Shown here piece after piece: positions 24,601 to 38,341 of a stretch of 64,000 nt of DNA. Both the position numbers and the translations under genes were made by a program. The DNA comes from Thalia democratica (Eukaryota). The notes beneath the pieces are model-generated. The model was not told the DNA's origin, did not search any database, and saw only the letters and a list, made by a program, of their open reading frames with translations. The stretch covers positions 35,464,001 through 35,528,000 of the forward strand of contig OZ241829.1 of the NCBI GenBank assembly GCA_965202585.1, written 5' to 3'. Within the stretch, counting starts at the first letter, position 1. Each line of letters opens with the position of its first letter.

Positions 24601-25282
24601 GTAAAGCTCAATCATGAGTATCTTTTATTATTATGTATATTGCTCTATAAACTTTGTTGTTTTTGAATGAGAAACCAAACTGATTAACGAAAATAAATAT
24701 TTCATTTAAAGTCTTTTTATTTATTTCTAATATTATCAATTTATAAAAAATACAATAAAAGAAATATTTATAAATGAACTTCTAGTGGTAGGTCTTAATT
24801 TAACTTATATACTTTACTTAAATTATACTTTTGATATAGTTTTCAGTATTTTCAATTAAAAAGTTAGATAAATTTACTATTACTAATATTTAAAAATCAT
24901 TTGCATTTTCTCTAAAATAAAATTCTTTTATCGTTCATTAAAACAAAAATAATTTAGCTTACTTTTTTTTCACAAACTTTAGATTTTTTGTATCAAAATG
25001 AAAGTTCGTTTCTCTTTGACCAAAATAACTTAAAGTCATAACATACTGCTAACTTATACATCCTAAACATAGTTAACCTCAGCAAACTTTTGAACTTACT
25101 GATTAGTTTTATCAGCTAAATTCCCTAATATAAACAAAATAATTAGCAATTTGTATATGAATGCAGAAGAACAAAACTTGTAAATTGTTGAACAATGTAA
25201 CAAGCAAACATCTGCCTGAAACTATTTTAAAAGAGTTAGAATTGATTAATTAGATTAAATTTAACGTACTTTAAACTTATGT

Positions 25283-25304
25283 TATATATATATATATATA
25301 TATA
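25283..25304. repeat. (TA)n microsatellite
   Basis: About 11 TA units abutting a copy of the 120-bp repeat. Confidence 0.9.
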
Positions 25305-25417
25305 GTTTATTGAACGAAAATAAATACGCTTAAAATAATTGGTCTAAGGACATGGTGCACGAAGAACCTTTCGTTTATGGAGTTGCCACAAATACCTTTT
25401 AACATTTTGTCCAAGAA
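25304..25417 (+). repeat. Copy of the ~120-bp dispersed structured repeat
   Basis: agtttattgaacg...ggtgcacga...ccttttaac..tgtcc. Confidence 0.75.
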
Positions 25418-26542
25418 GTTTTTGGAAGTTACTCTTTTTAATTTTTGCCCAAATAAAAAGTTCTAGTTAGTACTTAAAAAGTACAAAAAAAAAGTTTAGA
25501 ATAAAATGAGAAAATATTTTTTTTTGAAAACGTTGTTTGCCAGTTTAAAGCAAGGAAAAGTAACAAAAGAAACCTGTTTTTCTTTTTTGTTGTTTTCTAA
25601 GACAAACTCTTTGCTTACTAACTAATTTTACGGTTTAGTTCTTGCTTTTTTTTTCATTATTTGTCAAACTAGTTTAGATTTTATAATATAAGAGAGAAGC
25701 TACATCTATAAAGTTTCTAAATTTTAAACTAGAAAATAGAACTAATAAGTGTTTTAGTGGTTATTTATAGAAATAATATTTAAAGTACACTATGTTGTTA
25801 TTGAATATTATTGTGGAACTTTTTTTTTTTTACTTCAACCTAGTGGCGTATCTAGACATTTTTAAAAGGGGGTTCAGCATTTTTTTCTGTTCTTAATTTG
25901 CCGCTTGAGTAAGCACTTCTTAGGTATGCACTGTCAGCTAAGTACGCAATATTTAGCCGAAAAACTCTGTGTTTAAAATGTTTTTTCTGCTTAGAAATAA
26001 AAATATATAAGTAGCAACAGAAAATATTATTATTTTTTATACTGTATTAAACTCGGATAAATTAAAACTAAAACAACCAGAAAAAAGTTATGAACTTACA
26101 AATTGTATATCAAAATTCAAATCCGTTATTTAAAACAAATATATTACATACAGTTTATTTAATTAATATTACTTTATTAAGAGAATTTAAATTTTGATAT
26201 AAATGTTAGTATAGATGGAGTTCTTACAAATTTTTCTTTTAAATTTTAAACTCTTTACATTTATATATCTATTTATAATAAAGATATTTTTTTCAAGTAA
26301 TTTAATCTATAAATATTGAAATTTTACTAAAAGAAATGTTTAGACTTATAAAATTAAAATATCTTTAAATTATAATTAAATTTTAGCCTGATGGTCCAGG
26401 GATTCTAATGATGGTTTTGAAATCTTTCTGATTTGAAAATTTCAAAAATTTAAGAATTAACTTTTTGGCCAACAGATATACAAAATAAAACTTAAATAAA
26501 ATATTAAAATACCATTAAATGATATAAGAATAAATTGTCAAG

Positions 26543-26606
26543 TGGTGTAGTGGTCTAATAATTATTTTGAAAACTCTCTGAATTGAACTTTTCAAGGTTT
26601 AAACCC
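26543..26606 (+). repeat. Possible decayed tRNA-derived SINE head
   Basis: A-box-like TGGTGTAGTGG and B-box-like GGTTTAAACCC about 42 nt apart; no cloverleaf. Confidence 0.3.
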
Positions 26607-28052
26607 AGTTGGTTGACACATAAACAAAAAATATAAATGTTAAAGTAACAAAGCTTCACACAACATTATTATATACAATCAACTAAGTAAAATAAAACTT
26701 TAGTGATTATATTGCACATTTTTTAAGTAAAATTGTACTTACTAAATCAAAAACAATACTTAATTAAAATTTATTTACACTAAGTAACAATTTATAATGG
26801 GAACTAAGAGCATCTTAGTAAAAAGATTTCCAGAAAAAAAAGCTACTTTAAAAATTTTACCTATTATGACATCATGATTAAAATTTTATTTAAAATCTAT
26901 TTCTGCTGGGCAAAAACGAGCATTTTTTTTTACTGCAACTTATAATCTTTCAGCCTTATAAATTCAACATTAATTATTCAAAGTTTATCATATGACCGAA
27001 ACAAAGTCAATAAACAATCTTTTTAGTGATACTCTAAGAATCTTTATTTTATTTTTTTTCAGGGGGTTCACAGGAAACCAGTCAAAACACGTCCCTGCTT
27101 CAACCGTTCAAAGTTCGATAGTTGCATTAAAGTCCTTGACTAAAAGATTTTTTAACTGAAATTTTTCTTCTAACAAACGTTTTTATTTCTATGAAGAAAA
27201 AGGTTATAATTTCTTAAAAATGTAATGATTAAGATAAAATAAATACATGTAAAACAAAGTTACCTAGTCAAGAACATTGTTTTAAAGTAAGACTATAAGA
27301 GTTTATTAAGAAAAGGAAAACAAAGAGATTAAAAAGCGCTCTTATTTTAGCAAGATCGTAATATTAAAGTTGAATTGAATTATTGTCTTTTTCTTCTTAT
27401 ATTAAATATAAAAGCAATCAGAGCATTAAATAGATTATAATTGAGCAACTTTTAAGTGGAACTCTGACGCTTGAATGTCATGGCCATTCAAATTTTATAA
27501 ACAAATATAAAAGCTCCACGAAGAAAAGGACATCTAGTTTTAGTCAACTCCTCATATAAAGAAAAAGTTCTCAAGACCCAATTATCTTATGTTAAACAAC
27601 CTGTGACTTGACTGATCACTACTATTCGTTATTTTCTTTACTGCACTTAAACGATTGAAATGCCTCGTAAAGCTCGTTTATCTGTCGCGCCGATTGCGAC
27701 CTCAACTTGATTTAGCCAACGACTCTAAAATTCTGTACCAGTGACGAGCAGGAACAGAACTGCAAGAATTTCGGAATTGGTGGTCTGCAAAAGAAGCGTT
27801 TTCGAAGAAATTTCCTATTTTTATGCACGCTAACGTTATTCTGTGGTCTGCAGTTTTATTGTATAACAAAGTACAGTTATTTTATAATTTACATCTTATT
27901 CAAATTATTTAATTAACATATATTTTATATTTATTAAAAAAGTGCTTAGCTTAAAGAGCCTCGTACCCGGTTGCAGACCGAGCGATTAACCATCAATCAA
28001 GATTATCCCGGACAGTTCCAATTCTTGACGAAGCTGCCTATAAAATAGAGGC

Positions 28053-28170
28053 AGTTTATTGAACGACAAAACAGACACTCAAAATAAATGGTCCTAAGAC
28101 CTGGTGCACGAAAAACCTTTCGACAATCGAGTCGCACACCACGGATACATTTTAACGTCCTGTCCAGGAC
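28053..28170 (+). repeat. ~120-bp dispersed structured repeat (reference copy)
   Basis: At least seven copies or fragments: 2565(-), 9876(-), 12371, 25304, 28053, 30446 and 37551. Confidence 0.8.
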
Positions 28171-30445
28171 AGTTTCTTAGGAAAATTGAGACGTTTAAAG
28201 TTTGGATAGCAATATTATAACTTGTTGAATTACTGTTTTAGTTTCTTTTGTTGTATCATATTGTTATACACATTATTTAAAAAACTTTGTTTTTGTAAAG
28301 TCTTTGCTTTTTAATTTAGAATAAATTTAAATACAAAATCCGATTCTTATCGTTTTAAGATCAAAATTGGAAAATATTAGTACAACCAGGTAGAGTTCAC
28401 TAGAAAACGAAATATTTAGAAAAACAAATCCTTTTTTCGTGAGATGGCTGCTAACTTTTTAGAATAAGTGTTGTATAAATTATTATGTCTTTGTTGCCAT
28501 AAAATTTTGTGAGAAGAAAAATACTTTATATAGTACATAATAACAAAGTGTACCATATATTAGTTTGAACACATTTTTTTGTTTCAAATATAGTTTTTGT
28601 CAACAGTAAATAACAGTTTAAAGAAAGTGTCTCTCGAGAAAGTAAAGATGTTGGTAATAGCTTTATAAACTAGTATTTGTTGAGAAGTAATATATTTGTT
28701 ATGATTATATGTTTATCAACTTTTTTAGTTGTGTACTAGTTGTGCTCAGTTCTAAATAGTTTGAGAGTTAGTGCCAGACAAATTATAATATTTATTCAAA
28801 AAATATAGTATGTACTTATAGATTATTACGTCATTATGTGTTACAAAATTATTTGTTGTTTAGAAAAATTTCTCAAGTTGAATTTTAAAACATTAAAAAG
28901 CTTCTGAACTGAATTAAAAGGTTTGTTTTATACTATTGTTAATTAGATTGAAAATGTTTCATATATTTTAAATAAAAATATATTGATTGAATATCAATAC
29001 TTATAATTCATATTAGGTTTTAAAATAAACTATAATAAGTATAAAATTATTTTTGGTTTATATATATGAGCTTGTAAATTTAATTTTGTTTTTCCTGATG
29101 TTTAGTTATACTTATAATAAATATTAAGTTTTTATTACTACTTATAATCAACAAAAATAGTGTTTTACTTAAAAAATTAGAAAATGTAAATTTAAACATC
29201 TTTATTACTTCAAATTAAATATGTAGCAGTTATATTGTATACTTTATTACATTATTATATTGTATGTTTTAAAAGTGTTTACTTAAAAAAAAAAATAGTT
29301 CTTATTGTTATAAAAAAAAAGTTTAAACATTGACCTTAGTTGAAGTTAGTAGTAATTTATTCCATACTTTACAACAACTTTGATTTTAGCAGCTTGAAAA
29401 TTAGTTTACCTAGAAAAGTCAAAATACATACAGAGTACACACATTACCCTTCTGGACTTTTCAGATAAAAAGCAGTTTAGTAAAAGAACATTGCTTTGCA
29501 TTATATAAGGCACTTTTTAATTTACAAAAAGATTTTACTACTATTAAAAGTTTAAAAATGATATTTTCCATCTATTAACAGTAAGTGTTATAGTTGTAGT
29601 AATATTTAAAAAAACCTATCAACCCAGCTATTTTAACGATTTATTTTTCAAAAGTATGCTAGCTAATTAGATGTTTATAAAAAGAAAATTATATAGTCCT
29701 TAAAAATTTAGTTGATTACAAATAGTTTATTATTAAAGCCTGAACATAAATGAAAAGTGTTTGTTATTATTGTTTTATCACACAATTTGATTATTGTTTT
29801 TTAAAACTTATTAATAGTTTGTAAGAATTTAGGGTTTGTAGTAAAGTTGAACATGTCTAACTGAAAACATAAATATATTTTTGAACATGTCTAGTTGGTC
29901 CTTATAAAATTAAATATTTAATAGGATTGTCACACACTCAGGACAACTCTGGCTCTTTTGAAGTTTTATTTACCAAAATTCTAGTTAGTTATAATTAATT
30001 GGAAATATAAAAAAAAAACAAAGAAGACATCTTACATTTTGTTATTGTTATGAAATTTAAGTACTCCAGCTTAACAGAACTTTTTTGGTAAATTTTTTGT
30101 TGTTGCTATCTCATAATAGCTTGATTTAACTCAAGCTATTTTTTTGGTAGTTTCAGGATATTTTGAAAATTTTTAAATTCTCGCAATAACTTTTTATAAT
30201 AGTAATAATATGTTTTTTTTTTTTATCAAGCTGATATAAAATTGTTATGTTTTTGTTTTTAACAAACTCCAACTACTTTTTTAAAGTAAATTTTCAATTT
30301 AAGAGTAAATTTTCAAAAAATCTCAGGACATATTTTTTTCTAAATCTTGAATAAGATTTAGTTGACCCAGTTTTAATATTTATATCATATAATAATATTA
30401 ATTAAAACATCAAATATAGAAGCATATACAATAATTTTTCTTTCT

Positions 30446-30555
30446 AGTTTATTGAACGACAAAAAAGCGCTCAAAATATTTGGTCCTGGGACCTGGACCA
30501 TTCGTTATTGAGTCGCACACTACTACCGATACCTTTTAACGTCTTGTCCAGGACT
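30446..30555 (+). repeat. Copy of the ~120-bp dispersed structured repeat (internal deletion)
   Basis: agtttattgaacgac...ggtcctgggacc...gtccaggacta. Confidence 0.75.
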
Positions 30556-30862
30556 ATTACTTAAGAAAAATTAACACAAGGTGTAGTAGTTTGTGCCAGA
30601 GACAACTTATTTTTAAAGGAATTTTTAAAAATCTGGATGACTAATGATAGTTTAAGGTCACTCAGGTCAGTTTTTTCACTCTAAGATTAGCAAGGCGGTT
30701 ATTAAGCTAATTTTTTTTTTACCAGTGGCACTCAACACTAAAACTACCGAAAAGTTTTAATTTAAAAATTATTATTGCCTAATAAAATAATACTTTGTTG
30801 TTGCAAATGTTTTTAGTTTGTTAAAATGTTTTTGCTCATTGCAATAATATGTTGTTTATTAA

Positions 30863-31760
30863 GGCTATAGGTGAGGGTAAGGCATATAGAGTTGGTGCTA
30901 TTTTTGAAATCTTCTATTCAATTAGCAATTGATTTTTCAAATTTAAGTTATATTTTGAGATATAGGCAATCAAAAAGTTTAACAGGCTATTTATAAAAGG
31001 ACCAAATTAAGTTTGCAAAAAAAAAAAAAATTTAGTCTTATTTTCTACAGTTTTTATGCAATAGTTCACCAACATAATCAGTCTTATCTTAAACTTTAAA
31101 AACAATCCTATTTTATTAAGGAAACAGGGGAGTAAAGGTCCTTTTTCACAAAATTCAACATTTACCCTTATATTACTTATATTAAAGTATAAACTATAAG
31201 TCAGTTTTCATAGAATAAAAAAATAATACTTTTGGAATATAGTCACTATTTTAAAATATTTTTAAAACAAAAATACGGAACTCTTTTTTTTACTGCCAAT
31301 TTACTCAGAATTTTTAATTATACTCAATCTATTTTATTCTTCTTTATATTACAAGCTGTAAATTTCAAATTTTAAGGAAACTTTTCTTCCATAAAACAAG
31401 TTTTCCTTTGTAATAAATAATAATAAAAAATTAAAAGAATAAAAATAAACATTACTGTTTTATCAAAAACGAAATTAATCAAAAAAAAAATCCGCAAAAA
31501 GATAGTTTTTAGTTAAGATAAAATGAGAAAGTTTGAGAAATTTTTATTCAAAACTGTAGGAGAAGATAGATTTTTAATGAAATAATCTCTTCTGCCTTTT
31601 TAACTTCACCCTTCTATAAAGATCCTATCAAACTCATCAATTCTATCCCCTCATATCTCAAAATATATTTATTATTTTAGGAAACAGTAAAAGGTAAATG
31701 TTAGCAAATTTAAAGATGTTTAAAATAAGATAGATTTGTAAAAAAAAGTGCCTTACCCCC
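30863..31760. mobile_element. Degenerate TTAA|GG fold-back relative
   Basis: Begins ttaa|ggctatagg; shares gtaggagaagatagattttt with the 19048 family; partial inverted match gtgccttacccc near 31750. Confidence 0.35.
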
Positions 31761-32239
31761 TTTGCAATATTTGGGTGAAACTACTTTTTTTAGTAAATTG
31801 AATTTTAAGAATTAGGTACTTTTAAACATTGGCCATAAAATGCTAATAAAAAAATTGTTACAATACATTTTTTACCATGCAAGGAAAACTTACTAAAGAT
31901 TTTTAAAAAAGTTGTAAATTTTTTTTTATAATTCTAGAAAATTCAAGCATAATAAATTTATTTTCCTTGTTTTTGTATTTTAAATTTTTTTACTTTATTA
32001 GCTATATCTCAAAGCTTAAATTAAGGTTTTGTGTTGTATAAATATGATATTTAATTTATTAGATAAGCTTTCAAGTAAAAGCAATGTTAAATTTTGGTCA
32101 AATCTAGTTGTAGTGTACCAAAATATTTTATAAATCACAATACTGTTTATCAGTTACTGTTACATAATTTTAAAATATACTCCTAATTTAATGTTTCATC
32201 AAATAAATAAATAAAGAATATTAGTATAAGTGTATTGAA

Positions 32240-33439
32240 ATGTGTGATTTCTTTCAGCATACATTTTTAATGGACGAAGAGTTAATTGATAAAGTTTTTA
32301 GACTCATTAGAAGCCATTCATTGTCAAAAAAGTTCAAGATCCTTGAGTTTAAATACAACACTACAAAGTATGAGTTCACAGTTCGCAATTTGTTTCAGAA
32401 AAATTGGCTTAAGCAATTAGAAAAACCCACTCATAAAGTATTTTACTATAACTTTGAAGACAGTTCCAAGAAAATTTATAATAAGAAGGAACTCAAGATG
32501 TACATAAAAAAACCTAAGGTAGCTGAAACTGTTAGTAGTTATATCAACAAGGAAAATTCTAACACAGATGATAACTTACAAAACACCGCGCCACAACAAA
32601 AGCTGCATAGAAGTTGTCTATTAGAAACTTCAACCCAAACTGTAGTATCACATGAAAAAATTATATCAAACCAACTTCCATGTGAACTTGTTAATGATTG
32701 TAGTGTTCGAGAAAAATCTGAACAAAGTGAAGGTTATCACAACACTGCACAACAACAAAAACTGTCAGAAAAAGTTGCAATTGATTATTCCTCTCATAGT
32801 TCAGTATCAAATAGTAAAAAAGTAGCAAGTGAAACTTCTAGTGATGATAGTTCTTCTGATGAAGATAATGTCAATTCTATTATGAAGAAGCGCAAAAAGT
32901 CTTTACTGTTTCAACAAAACAATTCAGCAAAACTAAAACATATTTGTGATACATTAACAACTTTCATTCCCAAAGAAATAAAAACTGTCTCACGCACAAA
33001 GCCAAGACTAAACAAAACATTGCCTTGTCGTACATATGAAACTAGAAGAAGGAAATCTGTCTACAAAAATTCAGATTCAGATACTGACTATGAACCTGAA
33101 TATATTTCAAGAAAACCTAAAGTTAGAAGGTCTGCAAAGTCCGGTGAAGGGTCTACGTGTCATCAGTGCAGACAAAAAACTCTTGTTCCAAAGACCTGGT
33201 GTGAGAAGTGCAGAACCCTAAAGGGTCAGTTTTGTGGGAAATGCCTTTTGAACAGGTATGGAGAGACCATCAGTCAAAGCAAACAACCTGATTGGTCATG
33301 TCCAGTTTGTAAGGGAGTCTGCAACTGCTCTTTTTGTCGTGCAAAGAAAGGTAAACGACCAACTGGACAGATGGTGTCTATTGCTCGCAGAAAAGGTTAT
33401 GATAGTGTGAAAACTCTTTTGGAGGAAAAGGGCTTGTAA
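32240..33439 (+). CDS. CDCA7: CDCA7/JPO1-family protein with C-terminal zf-4CXXC_R1 domain, intronless ORF (true start possibly ATG 32270)
   Basis: TCHQCRQKT, GQFCGKCLLNRYGE, WSCPVCKGVCNCSFCR and PTG..V..A...GY match the CDCA7 zinc finger. Confidence 0.85.
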   Translation: MCDFFQHTFLMDEELIDKVFRLIRSHSLSKKFKILEFKYNTTKYEFTVRNLFQKNWLKQLEKPTHKVFYYNFEDSSKKIYNKKELKMYIKKPKVAETVSSYINKENSNTDDNLQNTAPQQKLHRSCLLETSTQTVVSHEKIISNQLPCELVNDCSVREKSEQSEGYHNTAQQQKLSEKVAIDYSSHSSVSNSKKVASETSSDDSSSDEDNVNSIMKKRKKSLLFQQNNSAKLKHICDTLTTFIPKEIKTVSRTKPRLNKTLPCRTYETRRRKSVYKNSDSDTDYEPEYISRKPKVRRSAKSGEGSTCHQCRQKTLVPKTWCEKCRTLKGQFCGKCLLNRYGETISQSKQPDWSCPVCKGVCNCSFCRAKKGKRPTGQMVSIARRKGYDSVKTLLEEKGL

Positions 33440-34599
33440 ATTATGATGATATTATAATTGGAGTCTGGATTGAATTTTAATTGTCTGAATGTTTGTATAA
33501 GTTAATATTATATTATTATAAATGGATCATGTTATAAAGAAATAAAATTTTAAGTGAAAAGTTTAAGCATCTGTTGTTACTTTATGAAATGTTCGTGTAT
33601 GTAATTTGTTTTCATGTATTTAACCATAGTTATATTAAATGTTTACAGTTTTAATTTGTTTATCATTTGTAGAAAAATAGTTTATAAGTTTTATTTGTAT
33701 GATAACTCCCAATTGTCTTCTGCTGTTAAAATACAAAGAAAATAATTTTCTGTAACTTTGAATATATATCTTAAATTATGCTTAACTTCCAGTTGTCTTA
33801 TGCTGTTATTTTATGAGGAAACATTTTTCTGTAACTTATATTTCTTGATTTATATATTTGTAGTTTATTTTTAGCACCTAACTAATCATATATTAGCCAG
33901 TATAATCTGAATTAAACTTAAATACAATTATATGTTTACTTGTTAATAAGCTTGAGCTATTTGTGAATATTGTATAATAAATTTTATTAGACAACTGTTA
34001 AAGTTTTTGTATAAATATCAGTATAATATTGTTAAAACGTAAGTTTTTGGTATTCAACTACTTAAATAATTAATGCTAAAGATAACTTCAAATGTTGTAG
34101 TAGCAAAATAATACTTATACTGTTAATGTTTGAAACTATATTATTCTGCCATACTTTCTGACTTTACAATACTGTTTAAACTTACACTAATTGCCAAAAA
34201 ACAATTAATTAATAATACATTGTTTATTGTGCAATGGGACTCCGGCATCAATCAGGACACAGAATGAGAATAATGAAAAAAAAACATTTATATTCAACAA
34301 AAAATAAACATGAACAAAACATCAAACATAGTCAAAATTATAAAAACTCATTAACAAGTTTAAACTTATTTGATTGACATAAAAGTCGATAAAGAAAGAC
34401 TTAAAAAAATTACTTCTATAAAAATGTTAAAAATAAATTTATAAACTGTCAGGGGGAGGCGTATGGAAATTAAGATAATTGTTTTTACAACTATAAATAT
34501 GAAGAAATCTGTAGCTAATTTAAATGGGATAAATATTATACAATTCTATATTTATTTGTATTTTGTTTGATATTTCTACTATTTAAATTAAATCTTTTT

Positions 34600-35060
34600 A
34601 GTTTTAATCTAAAATATTCCACCCTCTCACACGATACTACGCTCTGGTATCTTCTTCCAAATAGTCTCTGCTCTGAAAAATGACTGACTGTTGTTAAAAC
34701 TATTTTTACATTTAATTTTTTGTTATTTCCTTATTTATTATTGGAAAAACTAATAAATAAAAGGCCTTATATTTGCCATTAATTATTTCGTAAAGCATAA
34801 ATAAATCTAATTCCCGTCTTCTATACTCTAAAGACCTCAATCCAAGTTTAATCAATCTATCATTATATGATGAATGGGATATGTTACAACGACTGCATAT
34901 CAACCGGGTAAAGTTCTCTGCACAGACTCAATTTTGTAAATGTCTTATTTTAAAAAGTGTTACCAAATTTTTGTATTATTCAAGCTTTGAACGCACGTAT
35001 ATTTTAAATAGTTTTGTTAGAATAGTAGTTGAATTAGTTTTAAAACTGTGTAAAATTTAA
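34600..35060 (-). mobile_element. Decayed CR1-type retrotransposon 3' RT region
   Basis: ESVQR.., then ICSRCNISHSSYNDRLIKLGLRSLEYRR..DL..LYEIING. Confidence 0.75.
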
Positions 35061-38000
35061 TAGGATGAAACTTGTGCAACATTATATAAATAGTTTATGT
35101 GTTCGTTCCATTTTAAGTTTTCGAAGGTATATATTTCAAATCATTAAAAACTTTAACTATTGGTATCTTAGTTTTATTGATAAAAAAGGTCAAACGGTTT
35201 GTTTTTCTTAATTGTTAGAACTTACATTTAGTAGGATTCAAATCGAGTTTTCTTGTTTTTAACCATTTGTAGATATTATCTAGAGTAGGTTGTAAATAGA
35301 TATTTAACTAACTAAAAATATTTCTATCGTCTGCAAATAAACTCACATAACTTTTAATATCAATGTTTAAACTAATGTCATTAATGTAAATTAGAAAATG
35401 GTGGGGACCAATTACACCACCTTATGATACTCTACTGTATATAGGTAAAGGGTCTGACAGCGTATTATTAATGACCACTTTTTGTGCTCTCCCAATTAAA
35501 AAATTATTGAACCCGTTCACTAAGAATTTATGTAGTCCATACTGACTCAGTATTTTTAATAATCGTTTGTGATTGTTCTTAATGATATTCATATTAGATC
35601 AACCTGAAGAACTATGATTAAAAGTGTCACTTTATAAAATCATTCTGAACACAGTATGTCCTAATATTCAATATGAAACTAAAAACCACAAACTGTTTTT
35701 CAAGTATAATAAACACCTGATTCAATTTAAACAGATCTTCGTAATAAGTACTTCTATATTAAATTATAGATATGCTAAAATCCTTTAAAAATTCACTTAA
35801 TAAGTTTCGAACAATAAAATAAAAAAATTTCGAAAACTAGACAGATTTAAAATATATCTGTAGCTTTTCCTTAGAGTTTTGCAGTCTTGTCTTGTTTAAT
35901 GTGTTAACAGAATTTGTAGCTGCAATTAACTTTGGTTATGTAAAAATTGCTAACTCTAGCGACACACCACCGTATTTTGATGCTTTAGTGATTCAGAATT
36001 AATGTCGTCATACATTAGTATTAAAAGTTTTTTCTCAAAATAATGTAGCAAACAGCTTATTATCTAAATATATTATATGATAAAAGCTAAATGTTGTACA
36101 CGCAGTTAAAGTTTGATTTTTAAATCTCAACGCTTTACAGAAGTTATGACTAATTTAAGTGTTTTCCAAATAACTTAAGTGTTTTTGAGTGCTCAAACTT
36201 CTTAGTTTTAATAAATGTAATCAGTACTTCAAAATTTTCGAATATTACCCAATACTTGTCCGAAGTATAATGATAGTTTTAAGTTCTGTTTTTGAGTACC
36301 TTTTTTAAAAAGAGTGAAATGAAACTTTTTATATAAAAAATTTTTGACTTTTTTTCAATTAGTTGTGCTCGTTCTAAATTACTCGTTCTAAATTGTGTAC
36401 AAATAAATTAACATATGTTAATTCTGACTCATTTAAAAAAAGAACCCGCTGTAAAATGAAATATTTCAAATGATTCTAGTATAAAAAGGTGAATGATAAT
36501 TAGAGTTTTGACAGTTTAAATTTGAATAACTAAAATAATAACTTTCTATCTAAAAAACGCAATAATAATTTTACCTAAATGATGTATTGTTTTATTTTGA
36601 TAATTTACTTTATAAGATAAGCCAAATTAACTTATGAAGTATAGTAGATTTCATAATAAGAATTTTCCCTTTTTATGAATATATAATTTTTTTTTTGTTA
36701 ATTAGACAAACATGTGCATTTTTCATTCAAAACTGGTTATTTTTTGAGACGTGGCTCTTTTAAAATTTTAATAAAAAAATTAAATTGTCATATAACATGT
36801 ACAAAACTAGAATTTTTTTTTTTAATTATAGATTTTGATTACCAATACAAGTGTTTATAATTGAAAAAATACTATTTAATTTTATTTGAATTCATACAAA
36901 TGTTAAAGAACAATGCCATTATATATATTTTTTTATTATAAAGGCTTCAACTTGCTCGATCTGATTTTGTCTTCAATGAAAATAAGTGTTTAATTTTGCA
37001 TAGGTGCAAAACTATTCAAATTCTAATAATTATATTTCGACAATTTAACTTTCGCAATTTTAACTCCAAAAATTAAAATTCGATAAAATAAAATTTTGTC
37101 AAGTTAAACTAAGAAAATTTAGATTCAGACAATTCAAACTCTTAAAATTCAAGTTTAATATTTAAATTTATCAATTTGTTTTATTTATATATATTGTTAA
37201 AGTTTTTAGGTTGAACTAAAACAAATGTATAGTCTTGATTAAGATTTTTTGAATTTTTGGTTCATATTGACAATTTTCGTTTTAATTTATAACACTTTAT
37301 AAATACTATTAAGAAATTAATCGTCGGTTAAACAATACGGCTACTTATTTTGAAAAGAGCGAGATTTTAAACAATATAATTTACATTTATCATTTGATTA
37401 CACTAATACAGTAATAAAAAATAAGTTCAGAAAAGTTTTTTAATGAAAATTCTAAGGATATATGATTTTTACTTCAAATTTCTACTGTATGAATACATTA
37501 TTTAAAGTTTTATCTTTGTTTTTATTAGAATATAGTAATCTCATCAGTATTGTTTATTGAACAATAAAAAAAGCGCTCAAAATATTTGGTCAATAACCTG
37601 GTATACAATATCATAAACTGCCTTTAACTGTATAAAAAATACAAAAAACTAAGATGAACTATGTAAAAATAAAATTTTTCTACATCTCTTTAGCTTTCTG
37701 TGAACTGTAAAATAATTAAGAATAATACTGGGCGCAACAACTTTCTACCCATTATCTATTTTAAATAATTTGAAAATAGATTTTTCATGAATTAATTTAA
37801 AATCAAGTTGTAAATCATTTAGATTTAAATATTCATAAACTTTTTTGTTTATACATACATGCTACCTAAAAGCCATTCCAAAAATAAAAACTTTTTAATT
37901 TCCTATTTACATTTATAGTTATTTTAGTACTTTTTATAAAGAAGCTAAAAACATATAAGCCAAAAAAACTCTTAACATTTTTAGTATACAATCTTAATTT

Positions 38001-38341
38001 GATAATATACTCTATAAAATTTCAAAAACGTTTTTTTTGAATTATTTAACTTATACTCTTTTGAAATTAAATGACTAGTATATATCAATATACTAACCTA
38101 AAATAAAACAAAATAAAACTATTTCTACTACTGACTAGAAAAAACTCCGTTATAAATGTAAGCTATAATGTTTTTAATAAAAAATAACATCTATTATTCA
38201 TACAGAAAGTTGGATGCAAAACTGTTACTTTTCACACACATGCTTATAAATTTAAAAACAAATATTATTGTAAGATATAAAATATAATTGCTTAAAATAA
38301 AACTTTTTAATATGTTAGAAAATGTTTATATAGAATTAAAT

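Noticed and set aside
27740-27790. GTGACGA-GCAG..CTGC-AAGA resembling a hammerhead; nearby WW..KFP peptide resembling a hAT dimerisation domain
   Set aside because: Both catalytic core boxes are altered, and the peptide match is too weak to call.
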